A stretch of DNA of 56,144 nt from Ferruginibacter sp. (lineage in GTDB: Bacteria > Bacteroidota > Bacteroidia > Chitinophagales > Chitinophagaceae): positions 1 to 56,144 of the forward strand of contig JBDSYV010000149.1 of NCBI GenBank assembly GCA_040110925.1, written 5' to 3'. The position numbers were made by a program, and so were the translations under genes. The notes under the pieces are model-generated. The model did no database searches, was not told where the DNA came from, and was given only the letters and a program-made list of their open reading frames with translations. The first letter of the stretch is position 1. The number at the start of each line of letters is the position of its first letter. Of the stretch, positions 26,913 through 37,410 are shown in pieces.

Positions 26913-27227
26913 GTGGAGTATAACAATGAGCTTCATACGTTGCAAACCTATTCTCATGAATACAGGAGTTTGATGCACTTTATTTTTGACAGGATATACA
27001 TAGAAGATTTTGGCGATTGCGGCGGAATGGGCCGTTGCGGCACCTGCCTGGTACAAATAGTAAATCAGAAATTTAGTTATATTGATTATGAACGGAATGA
27101 ATTAACAACCCTGGGTAGACTCGGGGAGATACTGCCCAATACCAGGCTCGCCTGCCAGATTTTGGTTGATGAAAGAATCAACAACATGCAGTGCAGGGTT
27201 ATACTGCCCGAGTCTTTAGGCTTTTAG
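26913..27227 (+). CDS. 2Fe-2S ferredoxin
   Basis: CGGMGRCGTC...RLACQ. The frame is open upstream to a CTG at 26880 that overlaps the rrf2 stop (CTGA), so the true start may be 26880. Confidence 0.8.
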   Translation: MEYNNELHTLQTYSHEYRSLMHFIFDRIYIEDFGDCGGMGRCGTCLVQIVNQKFSYIDYERNELTTLGRLGEILPNTRLACQILVDERINNMQCRVILPESLGF

Positions 27228-27606
27228 TCTTACAAACTTCGTGTATTTGCAAAGATTGATTAATAACAGTATCCAAAATACTTATATACCGAATACCAGG
27301 TACATTGTTTCTGTTCTTTTATTTATATATGCTCTTACACCTGATCACACAATTACTATGCATGAGCGATGGTATTCGGAGTTCATTTTAGCATTCCCGC
27401 TGTTTATAATTGTGGTTATTTATAACAGAATATGTAAGGAAGCATGCAAAAAGAAATTTGTATACCCCACCGGGGTAATGTAAACAGAAATGGATTTGAA
27501 TTGTATTTTATTAATGTTTTAGAAAATAAAATAATTATGCAAACAGGAACCCCATCCATATTACAAATACGGCTTTGCTATAATTAAATCCTGCAAAACA
27601 GGTTTC

Positions 27607-29550
27607 TTATTTTTTGCTATTTTTTTTGCCTGCAAACAAATTACGGCCATGCAGCATTATTTTCAGCCCGTTTCTTTTTAATGAAATATGCGGCTGCTTT
27701 TTTTTGTGCTCGTTTAATCCCGATTTGTATGCCGATAAAATATCAGCGTAAGAAATTATGCCCTTGACAGCATTTCCATCCTCAACAGATACAATCGCTA
27801 GAACGTCAATACCATCCCTGGCCATCAGTTCAACCCCGGCCTTAAGGCTGCTGTTAACATCTAGAAAACTATGCTTGCGGTTAACCAGAGTAGCAATTAA
27901 TTGGTCAGTGCTATATTGATGATTCAACAATTCAGAAGAGTTGATTATTCCCCTGAATTCACCTTCATTACTCGAAACGATAAAATATTTACTTTGCTTT
28001 CCTCCGGTATTGCCGATCCATGCTCTTACTTCGCCTACGGTATTTTCCTCACTGATTGCCACCCCGTTCTCCTCTATAACATCAGCTACCGGTATTCTTT
28101 CCAGGATATCAGGTTCGTAGGAATCAGGAGTCCGGATTCCCCGTCGGGCAATCTTTTCTGTCATAATTGTATTCTCCATAATAAAGAAAGAAATAAAATA
28201 AGCTGCGGTACATGAACTTAACAATGGTAATAATATATTTGACTGTCCTGTTGTTTCCAATGCAAAAATAATAGAGGTTAGAAAGGCCCTGGAAGCTCCG
28301 GCAAACATGGCCGACATACCTACAACAGCTGCAAGTGGAATCGTTACTCCGGCGAATGGGAACCACATATTAATAACGACCCCTAACAACGCACCTGCCG
28401 CACCTCCGATAGTAAGCAATGGTGCTAATGTACCGCCTGAAGTACCGCTCCCCAATGCAATAGCCCATGAAATGAATTTCATTATACAGAGGGAGAGCAT
28501 TATTTTAACAGGCAGCGTTCCGGAAAGAACGTCGGTGATATTATCATAACCTACGCCCAGCGTTTTTGGAAAAAAATAACCTATTACACCAACAGCAAAA
28601 CCGCCAATAGCCGGCCACCAGGCCCAATGAACTGGCAACCGCTCAAAAGCATCCTCAATAAAATAAACAACCTTGGTTACAAAAACAGATAGCAGGCCAA
28701 TGATGACTCCAATAATGCTGTATGCAAAAATTGCCTGGTTGGTAGGAGATAAAATAACAATATCGATTCCAAAAAGATAAGCGCTCCCAAATAAAAAATG
28801 ATGACCCGCAGCACCTGTAATACACGCCAGCGCTACCGGTATAATAGAACGTGGCGAAAACTCAAACAATAATAATTCAATAGCCAAAAATATGGCAGCG
28901 ATGGGGCTGCCAAAAATTGCCGCCATGCCTGCAGTTGCTCCGGCAGCTAACAGAATTTTCCTTTCATTATCACTGATCTTTATTAATTGTCCCAGGGTGG
29001 AGCCCAATGCTCCACCGGTTGCAATAATCGGCCCCTCTGCTCCAAATGGGCCACCAGTACCAATTGAAATGGCGGATGAAACCGGCTTTAAAAAAACAAT
29101 GGAAGGTTTTATTTTACTTTGTTTAGTTAAAATTTGTTCCATGGCCTCTGGAATGCCATGACCACGAATAGCTTTTGAGCCATAGAAGGCCATCATGCCA
29201 ACCAACAATCCTCCTGCTACAGGAATTAATATAACCCAGATACCAAGTCCATTATCAGCAGGACTGGTTGACGCAACAGACATTTGTCCGTAAAAAGAAA
29301 TATTTGTAAAAGCGTTTATGAGATAAACCAACAACCTGGCAACAAGACTGATGGCGACGGCAACAACAACTGCCAACGCCGAGATTGTGATTAATCGTTT
29401 TTTATTATAGGGTATTCTAGACTTCTCATTCCCCATATCCAGCGTTGTGGCCAATGAAACTGAGATTGGGATTCCATTATTCAGCAGGTTATTCATGCAA
29501 AATATTTTATTCTCCTTTATTATCCTATTAAGGCCTTCTTTCCGGTACAA
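27607..29550 (-). CDS. ClC family chloride channel/antiporter with CBS domains
   Basis: GHGIPE, GGPFGAEGP and GTSGGTLAP motifs plus a C-terminal CBS pair; the true start is probably 29497 (MNNLL). Confidence 0.9.
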   Translation of the reverse strand: MYRKEGLNRIIKENKIFCMNNLLNNGIPISVSLATTLDMGNEKSRIPYNKKRLITISALAVVVAVAISLVARLLVYLINAFTNISFYGQMSVASTSPADNGLGIWVILIPVAGGLLVGMMAFYGSKAIRGHGIPEAMEQILTKQSKIKPSIVFLKPVSSAISIGTGGPFGAEGPIIATGGALGSTLGQLIKISDNERKILLAAGATAGMAAIFGSPIAAIFLAIELLLFEFSPRSIIPVALACITGAAGHHFLFGSAYLFGIDIVILSPTNQAIFAYSIIGVIIGLLSVFVTKVVYFIEDAFERLPVHWAWWPAIGGFAVGVIGYFFPKTLGVGYDNITDVLSGTLPVKIMLSLCIMKFISWAIALGSGTSGGTLAPLLTIGGAAGALLGVVINMWFPFAGVTIPLAAVVGMSAMFAGASRAFLTSIIFALETTGQSNILLPLLSSCTAAYFISFFIMENTIMTEKIARRGIRTPDSYEPDILERIPVADVIEENGVAISEENTVGEVRAWIGNTGGKQSKYFIVSSNEGEFRGIINSSELLNHQYSTDQLIATLVNRKHSFLDVNSSLKAGVELMARDGIDVLAIVSVEDGNAVKGIISYADILSAYKSGLNEHKKKQPHISLKRNGLKIMLHGRNLFAGKKNSKK

Positions 29551-29866
29551 AATTAAGACAATAGGATTTGCAAGACTTCTATTTTTTTAAGCAGGGTAAT
29601 AAAATTTAATGATATATGCATTATGGAATCATCTGATCAAAAAAAATACAACTAATTAAATTCTAAAAAAGAAAACTATGGGAAATACAGTAGTTTTATA
29701 CAAATAACAAACAATTTGTTCTATAGTGATTAAAAATAGAAATAGCGAAACAAGTCATCAAAAAAAATAAAAATGAATTTAGATTTTTGATTGCTCTTAA
29801 ATTAAGAACTCCCCGTAGTGGATAGCGGTTATATGCATCTTGACAGGACGCTATAATTAAAAGATA

Positions 29867-31216
29867 TTAGTTCGACAAAAAACCACCCTTACTTCTGTAT
29901 AATCTTACCGGGCCATCCAGTTCTAATGCAAGTACGGTCATGTATTCATCCTGTACTTTTCCAGGCACATTGACATAAATAATACCGGGCACATCACTCC
30001 ATGAAATTTTACCAACAACTTTATGCTGCAAAGTTTCATTGTTTCCCAATACCCGAATTTTATTTATTTTATTTTTTAATCCTTTCAGCATAATATCTCC
30101 GCTTACATTGCCCGCAAGAAAAAGATATAAGGTTGATGAATCTTTTGATAAAGTTGTAGGCCCATAAAAATGTCCCTGCGGAAGTCCGGCTTCGGTGGCA
30201 AAAATGGCTTCCCCATTTCTTTTATTCCACTTCCCCAACTCTTTTAATAAATGCACCTGCTCTGCCGGTATGGTGCCATCTTCTTTAGGTCCAATATCCA
30301 GCAGCAGGTTACCACCATTACTTACAGCATCTGCAAAAATCGTTATCACTTCATACGGTGTTTTCCATTCGGTATCCTTTGGTTGGTATCCCCAATTGGA
30401 ATTTATAATCATGCACAACTCCCACCAGTTAAAGTGCGGCCTTGTAACGGGGAAATTTTGTTCCGGTGTATCGTAATCACCATAACCTTGTAGCCGGCCG
30501 TTGATGATGGCGGCAGGCTTATCATCCAGAATTATTTTTCTAACTTTTATTGCTTCCCATTCGTCTGCACTGTGTTCCCAATCTCCATCAAACCACCAAA
30601 GGTCGGGATGGAAATTATTTTCCACTTCTTTAATCTGCGCTTCATAAAAATTTAAAAACTTTTGCCAACGTTTTGGGTCATCCTTTATTTTATATCTTGA
30701 TGAGTCCCTCAAAAACCCCGGATAATCAGGATATGACCAATCTATCAAGGAAAAATAAGCACCCCGTTTAATGCCTTCCTTATCTAATGCTTTATAGAAT
30801 GGCGTAAGCAAATCCCTTTTGGCTGGCGTATGGTTTACTACATCAAAATGTTTCTGTTTGGTTGGCCACAGCGCTACGCCATCATGATGCTTGGTGGTAA
30901 TCACCGCATATTTGGCGCCGCTTTCTTTTATTAAAGCTGCCCACTCTTCAGGGTTATATTTAGAAGCAGTAAACCCTTTCATCTGTTTCATATAATCTGC
31001 CCAGCTTATCTATCCGTTATGAAAACTCCAGCTTTCGCCAATACCATTTACCGCATAAATACCCCAATGAACAAAAATTCCCAGCTTGGCATCAGCAAAC
31101 CATTTCATTTTGTTACGGATAGAATCGGGATTGATTTTTGATTGAGCTTTTACCTGTATTGGTAACCAACAAATCAAAACTAAAAAAATGGATTTGAAAT
31201 ACTCTTTGTTCAGCAT
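29867..31216 (-). pseudogene. GH29 alpha-L-fucosidase with an in-frame TAG
   Basis: WFADAKLGIFVHWG (31010..31216) continues in frame through TAG at 31010-31012 (HNG*ISWADYMKQ) into TTKHHDG...WFDG (29867..30991). Confidence 0.85.
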
Positions 31217-31281
31217 ATAAAAAATTAAATTGTAATAGAATATGATACTTTCAATTATCCGTTTGAATCTCTACAACTTCG

Positions 31282-34200
31282 CTATTCAAACTTTATCCAG
31301 TAACTGTATTGATAATTTTTAAAAGGCACCCTGTATTTTTCCATGGGCATGGAACCCCAGGAATCTATGCCCTGCAAGCCGGATTGTATCAGGTCCATGT
31401 GCAAGTATATTTCATTCCTTTTGTTCAGCTCACCGCTATGGTATTGTTTTTTTTCTGCTTCGGGGTCCAGGTCATCAATGTTATAGGGCAACGCGGAAAA
31501 ACTTAAGAGGCTATCCGCATATTCAAAAATTATCGTCTTGCCTTTCGCATTGGAGAAATTCACCCATCTCACTTCTGTCTTATTGCCACTTTCCTGAGGA
31601 CGGGCATAAGGGAAATATTGTTCATCTACCGTTTGGTCATACTGCCCGATAAAAGAACAGGTCTTCCTGTCCCAATAACTTTCTCCCGGGCCACGTCCAT
31701 ACCATTTAATATTGCTGTACGACTTATTCAGAACCAGGTCATTTCCGGCACGGAGTAATAATGGATATTTGCCATTGATGGCAGTAAAACTATTTTCTAC
31801 TTTAATGTTGCCATCTCCATACACGGTAAAAATTTGCTTGTGCGAAGCATCGCCATTCACAACTTTTTTATCAAAAGTGATTTTGTATTCCACATCATTT
31901 ATTTTCTGAAATGTTGCATTAGATTCTGTTCCGTTTTCATAAGCATTGCGCCACATGCGAAGCTTGGTATTAAACCCTGCGCCTATATCATTATCGGTAG
32001 GAGCACGGTAAAAGGCAGGTATAGGGCCTTGCTGTATTACCGTTTCGCCATTGCGGTTATACCGTTGCAATATGGCATTCTTCATGTCAAATATTATTTC
32101 AAAATTTTTGCCTGATACAACATACTTATTCGCTTTTTCCCTGAAATTGATTTTTGACTTACTTAACGGAGCAGCAACTGCTGCTGCTAATGATTGCAAT
32201 AGGAATTGGGATGAAGCGATTTCATAACCCTTCGGTAAAAAAGGCTCTTCATCTTTCAGCAAAAAATAGATATTCAACTGGTATTCCTTATTTTGATTCA
32301 GATTTTTCTTATAGGGAACAGCTATTGTTGTTTCTTGTTGCGGTTGCAACGAAACACTTCCTAACGTACCTTTCTCTTTTGCCACGCCATTCTCCTGAAG
32401 CACCCAGCGGATTTCAAAATTATCGAGGTTGCGGAAAAAATAACCATTTTTTAATTTGATTGAATTGTTCCCGACAAAACTGGTTTTTATGTTTTGATAA
32501 ACCTGTTTCACTTCCAGCGCCATAGGGGTCAATTCACGATAAGCAGTAACCACACCCTTTACACAAAAATTATTATCGCTTATGTTTTCATCTACCGGCC
32601 CTTCCAATGGAAAGTCGCCACCATAGGCTTTTATGCGCCTGCCATTCTTTACGGTATCAATCGACTGGTCAATCCACTCCCAGATAAAACCGCCTTGCAG
32701 TTTTGGATTATTCTCTATCACATCCCAGTAATCTTTGAAGTTGCCAAGACTGTTGCCCATAATATGCGCATACTCGCTTTGGATATCCGGAAGGCGTGCA
32801 TCGCTTTTTGAATAATGCAACAAGCCGTCGGGGCTTGAGTATTGCGGACAAAATATTTCTGAATAATGCGTCTTGTTAGGATTGCCATAATCAATATCCC
32901 TTTCGTATTGTACCGGAAGATCTGTTTGCTTTTTTAACCAATCATATGCGGCATAAAAATTTGCTCCGTCGCCGGCTTCATTGCCCAACGACCAGGTGAT
33001 GACCGATGTATGGTTCTTGTCCCGCTCATACATCCTTTGTATGCGTTGCAGATGCGCTTCCCGCCACAATGGTTTATTGGCAATTGATACATTTAAATCG
33101 TACCCAAGTCCATGCGATTCTATATTGGCTTCATCAATCACATACAAACCATATTCATCGCAAAGCTCCATCCAGTAAGGGTCTGGCGGGTAATGCGAAT
33201 TTCGTACGGCATTGATGTTTAGTTTTTTCATCATCTCCATATCTTTCCGCATATCATCTTTGCTTAGCGTATGCCCGTTGCGTGGATGATGCTCGTGACG
33301 GTTGACACCTTTCAGGAAAATCCGTTTGCCATTCACCAGCAAATCAGTCCCTTTTATTTGTACCTTTTTAAAACCGATGCGTTGCGGCACTACTTCCAAG
33401 ATTTTACCAGTCGCATCTTTCAACGTTACATACAAAGTATAGAGGTAAGGGGTTTCAGCATTCCATGAATGAACTGCGGGCAGGGTTGTTTTAAACTCAA
33501 CATTTTTTTTGTATTTGCCCAGTACGGTTTCGAAGCCCGGCGTCTTACCTTCATAAACCAGTTTGCCATCCTTATCATATAAGGCTGCATCTAAAGTAAA
33601 ATTGTCTGCTTTGCTTAATGTTCCGGTTTCTTTTTTATAACTGTTTATTTCTGCATTGATAGTTAGCAGACCGTTGCTATAAGTATCATCCAGCGTGGCG
33701 TTTATTTTTGTATCCCTGATGTTCAGGTTTTCTGTGGTAAATAAAAACACATCCCTTTCTATACCCGAAAACCTGAACATGTCCTGGCACTCCAGGTAAC
33801 TTCCATCGCTCCAGCGATAAACCTGGAAGGCGATTACATTTTCCCCTTCTTTTAAAAAATCGGTCACATCAAATTCTGCTGCCATTTTGCTGTCTTCGCT
33901 GTAGCCGACTTTTTTTCCGTTTATCCAAACAAACAAACAAGACTTTGCATTACCTACATGGAGGAATATATTTTTCTTTTTAAAACCGGCTGGCAATTCT
34001 ATTTTTTTTCGATAGGAGCCAACCGGATTATTATCGGCAGGAATATCGTAGGGAGGATTCATTTTTCCATAACGAAGATTATGCCCTGCAAAATCGTACG
34101 GCTGGTTTACATAAATGGGCAATCCATAACCGTTCACTTCCCAGCTGGCGGGTATCCGGAAATTATCCCACTTACTATCATCATAATCTAGTTCATAAAA

Positions 34201-34467
34201 ATTTTGCGGTCGTTGGTTTGGATTTTTTACCCAATTGAATTTCCAGCTTCCGTTGAGCGAAAAAAAGTTTGCTGATTTTTCACGGTCGAATTGTTTTGCC
34301 ATTTGCAAATTCTCAAAGGCGAATGCATTATTGCGCATGGGCATCCGGTTTATGGAAACCAGCTCGGGGGTTAACAGTTCTGCTGGCAACTGCGCCGTAG
34401 CAGCCATTGCCGCAAATAATGCGCATATTAAAAACGTGTGTCTTTTCAAATAATCGTGTCCGAACAT
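31282..34467 (-). CDS. GH2 beta-galactosidase (LacZ-like)
   Basis: 1061 aa; KGVNRHEH, NSHYP, WSLGNE, SEYAH and GGFIWEW motifs plus a Bgal_small domain; signal peptide. Confidence 0.92.
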   Translation of the reverse strand: MFGHDYLKRHTFLICALFAAMAATAQLPAELLTPELVSINRMPMRNNAFAFENLQMAKQFDREKSANFFSLNGSWKFNWVKNPNQRPQNFYELDYDDSKWDNFRIPASWEVNGYGLPIYVNQPYDFAGHNLRYGKMNPPYDIPADNNPVGSYRKKIELPAGFKKKNIFLHVGNAKSCLFVWINGKKVGYSEDSKMAAEFDVTDFLKEGENVIAFQVYRWSDGSYLECQDMFRFSGIERDVFLFTTENLNIRDTKINATLDDTYSNGLLTINAEINSYKKETGTLSKADNFTLDAALYDKDGKLVYEGKTPGFETVLGKYKKNVEFKTTLPAVHSWNAETPYLYTLYVTLKDATGKILEVVPQRIGFKKVQIKGTDLLVNGKRIFLKGVNRHEHHPRNGHTLSKDDMRKDMEMMKKLNINAVRNSHYPPDPYWMELCDEYGLYVIDEANIESHGLGYDLNVSIANKPLWREAHLQRIQRMYERDKNHTSVITWSLGNEAGDGANFYAAYDWLKKQTDLPVQYERDIDYGNPNKTHYSEIFCPQYSSPDGLLHYSKSDARLPDIQSEYAHIMGNSLGNFKDYWDVIENNPKLQGGFIWEWIDQSIDTVKNGRRIKAYGGDFPLEGPVDENISDNNFCVKGVVTAYRELTPMALEVKQVYQNIKTSFVGNNSIKLKNGYFFRNLDNFEIRWVLQENGVAKEKGTLGSVSLQPQQETTIAVPYKKNLNQNKEYQLNIYFLLKDEEPFLPKGYEIASSQFLLQSLAAAVAAPLSKSKINFREKANKYVVSGKNFEIIFDMKNAILQRYNRNGETVIQQGPIPAFYRAPTDNDIGAGFNTKLRMWRNAYENGTESNATFQKINDVEYKITFDKKVVNGDASHKQIFTVYGDGNIKVENSFTAINGKYPLLLRAGNDLVLNKSYSNIKWYGRGPGESYWDRKTCSFIGQYDQTVDEQYFPYARPQESGNKTEVRWVNFSNAKGKTIIFEYADSLLSFSALPYNIDDLDPEAEKKQYHSGELNKRNEIYLHMDLIQSGLQGIDSWGSMPMEKYRVPFKNYQYSYWIKFE

Positions 34468-34503
34468 TGGGATTAATTTATTTTTACCTGAAATAATCTA
34501 AAT

Positions 34504-35622
34504 TCATTTATCAGCTACACATCTGAATCCGGTGTGCTCCAGCCCTGTATCTGGTGAAGTTTTCATTCTTGCACTTACCCGGTACCCTTTACAATAAGAA
34601 GCATTGCACAAAAATGAACCACCCCGTACAACTCTTTTGGGAATTGTTGGCTCCATTGGGTCGTTGCTTTGCAAAGGCCCGGTTGGATTAACATTTAATT
34701 TTCCAGCCATAGACTCATAATAATTTTCATCATACCAATCGGCACACCACTCCCAAACATTCCCGGCCATATCATATAAACCGTAGCTGTTGGGTTTAAA
34801 TGATTTTACAGGAGCTGCTCTTGCAAATTTATCCCATTGTGTATTTATATTGGGGAAGATTCCCTGCCAGGTATTTGCTTTCGGCTTCCCGGTTTCAATA
34901 TCTTCATTTCCCCAAAAATATTTTTCATTTTCCATTCCTCCCTTTGCAGCATTCTCCCACTCAGCTTCTGTTGGCAAACGTTTGCCTGCCCATTTACAAT
35001 AAGCCTTTGCATCGTACCAACTAATCTGTACCACAGGATAATTTTCTTTTCCTGCAATGCTGCTGCCTTCGCCCCGCGGATGTTTCCAACTAGCACCTTT
35101 TTTCCAACTCCACCATTGCGATACATCGTTTAACGGAACAGGGTGAGATGGTGGTGTAAAAACCAATGACGCTGCTATTAGTAAACCATCAGCCGGTTTA
35201 AGCGTACCGGGGGGTAATTGCTTTTTTATTTCTTCCCAATCAGGAATTTGCTCAGCGGTAGTTATGTAGCCTGTAGCTTCAACAAATTTTTTAAATTGTT
35301 TATTGGTAACTTCTGTTGCATCTATCCAAAACCCATCTACTTGTACTTTGTGTTGAGGATATTCATCCTGCCGGCCTTCGTTATCGGGGGATCCCATTAA
35401 AAATTCTCCTCCTTGTATAAAAACCATCCCATCATGTGAAACTTTTCCAGAATTAAAATTCAATGTATCGGTTGCTGTGTTTGCAAAACGGGAAGGTAAA
35501 TTGCTTTCACAAGAAACAGCACTGTCTTTATTTTCCATAACTGATTGTTGTGGAGAAGTATCACATCCGAAAAATAAAACGGATGTTACAAAACCTACAG
35601 ATAAAAAATACTTCCCTTTCAT
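34504..35622 (-). CDS. Formylglycine-generating enzyme (sulfatase-modifying factor), lipoprotein
   Basis: RLPTEAEWE, YDMAGNVWEW, RGGSFLCNASYC.GYR; lipobox LFFGC. Confidence 0.9.
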   Translation of the reverse strand: MKGKYFLSVGFVTSVLFFGCDTSPQQSVMENKDSAVSCESNLPSRFANTATDTLNFNSGKVSHDGMVFIQGGEFLMGSPDNEGRQDEYPQHKVQVDGFWIDATEVTNKQFKKFVEATGYITTAEQIPDWEEIKKQLPPGTLKPADGLLIAASLVFTPPSHPVPLNDVSQWWSWKKGASWKHPRGEGSSIAGKENYPVVQISWYDAKAYCKWAGKRLPTEAEWENAAKGGMENEKYFWGNEDIETGKPKANTWQGIFPNINTQWDKFARAAPVKSFKPNSYGLYDMAGNVWEWCADWYDENYYESMAGKLNVNPTGPLQSNDPMEPTIPKRVVRGGSFLCNASYCKGYRVSARMKTSPDTGLEHTGFRCVADK

Positions 35623-35754
35623 AAATATTGTATTTTAGAATTAATAAAATAAGCTGGCGAAGGATTTTATACTGGATATTTTGAAATACAATTCCTGCGC
35701 TATTAAATCCTATAACTAATTTATCATTTAATCTTTTACAAGAAAATTTTATTT

Positions 35755-36130
35755 ATGCTGCTTCAACTATTGTTACTTATCATTTTCATCTGCCCACTGT
35801 CTTTTGCGCTTACAGCCCAAACAGCCGCTTCTGTAAAGGATATTTATAAAACAATGAAAAAAGTGGCCGACTGGCAAATCCATGTACTTGAAAACAAGCC
35901 ATAGATATATCCGGCACAGACTGGACCAATGCTGCGTTATATACAAGCATGAAAGCCTGGGCCAAAATGGCCAATGATGATAAATATCTTTAGTGGTTAA
36001 AATCAACAGGCGAAAAATTAAAATGGGAAGGAGGCCTGGAGCCATATTTTTGCAGATGATTATTGAGTATGTTAAACCTATGCTGAGTTATTTATACTAT
36101 ATAAAGATTCTGCCATGATTAAAGGGAGTT
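35755..36130 (+). pseudogene. GH105/GH88 unsaturated glycuronyl hydrolase remnant
   Basis: Translated by hand: MKKVADWQ...DWTNAALYTSM.AW...DKYL*WLK..GE...FADDY*VC*TYAELF, with several stops and frameshifts; only the N-terminal part survives. Confidence 0.65.
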
Positions 36131-36255
36131 TTAAAAATTTTGAAGAATGGATACAATACCTGAAAAACAGAATGACAAGGTTGCAAAGCCCATTGAAAAT
36201 TTAGGTTCGGTAATAAATAAAAAAAGATGGTTTTTAACTGCAGAATAAATGCTAT

Positions 36256-37311
36256 ATGCAATCAGATATTTTAAAAGAATATGGTTTTACTGATGGCCCA
36301 TTAACTGTTGAGTCATTTGGTACAGGCCTTATTAACCATACCTGGAAAGTAAATTATGAAGACAACTATTATATTCTTCAAAGAATAAATGATAATGTTT
36401 TTAAGCAACCGGCAGACATAACCAGTAATATCGGGTTGTTGGCTCATTACCTTCAGCAACAACATCCTGATTACTTTTTTGTGGCACCGGTAAAAACCAC
36501 CAATGGGATGGAAATGGTTTATTTAAAAGATAAGGGCTACTTCAGAATGTTTCCCTTTGTAAACGGTTCTCATTCCAAGGATGTGCTGGAAACACCAGGC
36601 GAAGCTTATGAAGCTGCCGCACAGTTTGGAAAATTTACAAAACTGCTTGACGGGATACCCATTGACGAACTGAAAATTTCTATACCCGACTTTCACAATC
36701 TTTCCCTCAGGTATCAACAATTTTTAACTGCACAAAAAAAAGGAAATCCGAGGCGAATTAAAGAAACGGAGGATTTAACAATTGAATTATTAAATCATGC
36801 AGCAATTGTAACTGAATATAAAAATATAATTACCAACAGCAAATTTAAACAACGGGTTACTCATCATGATACAAAAATAAGTAACGTACTATTTGATGAT
36901 GCAGGAAAAGGCCTGTGTGTAATTGACCTGGATACCGTAATGCCGGGTTACTTCATAAGCGATGTGGGCGATATGATGCGTACCTACCTGAGCCCGGTTA
37001 GTGAAGAAGAAAAAGATTTCAGCAAAATTATAATACGAGAAGAATTTTATGAAGCCATCGTTAATGGATATTATAATGAAATGAAAGATGTGCTTACCGA
37101 AACCGAAAAACATTACTTTTTTTATGCCGGTACTTTCATGATTTATATGCAGGCCATCCGTTTTCTCACAGACTATTTAAATGATGACAAGTATTATGGT
37201 TCGGTCTACCGTGGCCAGAATTTAGTAAGAGCAGGTAATCAAACAGTTTTGCTTCAACGACTCCTCGAAAAAAAAGAAAAATTAATAGAAATCATAAAAG
37301 AAAGTAATTAA
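36256..37311 (+). CDS. Aminoglycoside-phosphotransferase-fold kinase, N-acetylhexosamine 1-kinase (NahK)-like
   Basis: GTGLINHT, ILQRIN, IPDFH, THHDTKISNVL, IDLDT and RFLTDYL motifs; embedded in a HexNAc-releasing locus. Confidence 0.75.
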   Translation: MQSDILKEYGFTDGPLTVESFGTGLINHTWKVNYEDNYYILQRINDNVFKQPADITSNIGLLAHYLQQQHPDYFFVAPVKTTNGMEMVYLKDKGYFRMFPFVNGSHSKDVLETPGEAYEAAAQFGKFTKLLDGIPIDELKISIPDFHNLSLRYQQFLTAQKKGNPRRIKETEDLTIELLNHAAIVTEYKNIITNSKFKQRVTHHDTKISNVLFDDAGKGLCVIDLDTVMPGYFISDVGDMMRTYLSPVSEEEKDFSKIIIREEFYEAIVNGYYNEMKDVLTETEKHYFFYAGTFMIYMQAIRFLTDYLNDDKYYGSVYRGQNLVRAGNQTVLLQRLLEKKEKLIEIIKESN

Positions 37312-37410
37312 ATAGCCCGAGACTGGAATTGGGAATTAAATTCATAGCAGCAGGTATTCGTGTATTCAAATACTTTATGTGCTAACGTCTGCCAAACAAT
37401 TATGGCTGTA

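Noticed and set aside
27241-27483. 80-aa GTG-start ORF after the ferredoxin
   Set aside because: AT-rich, no motif and a weak start; it cannot be distinguished from a chance ORF.
14488-31012. Stop-codon reassignment or programmed readthrough explaining the in-frame stops
   Set aside because: The interrupting stops are TGA, TAA and TAG in different genes, and all three codons also end intact genes normally.
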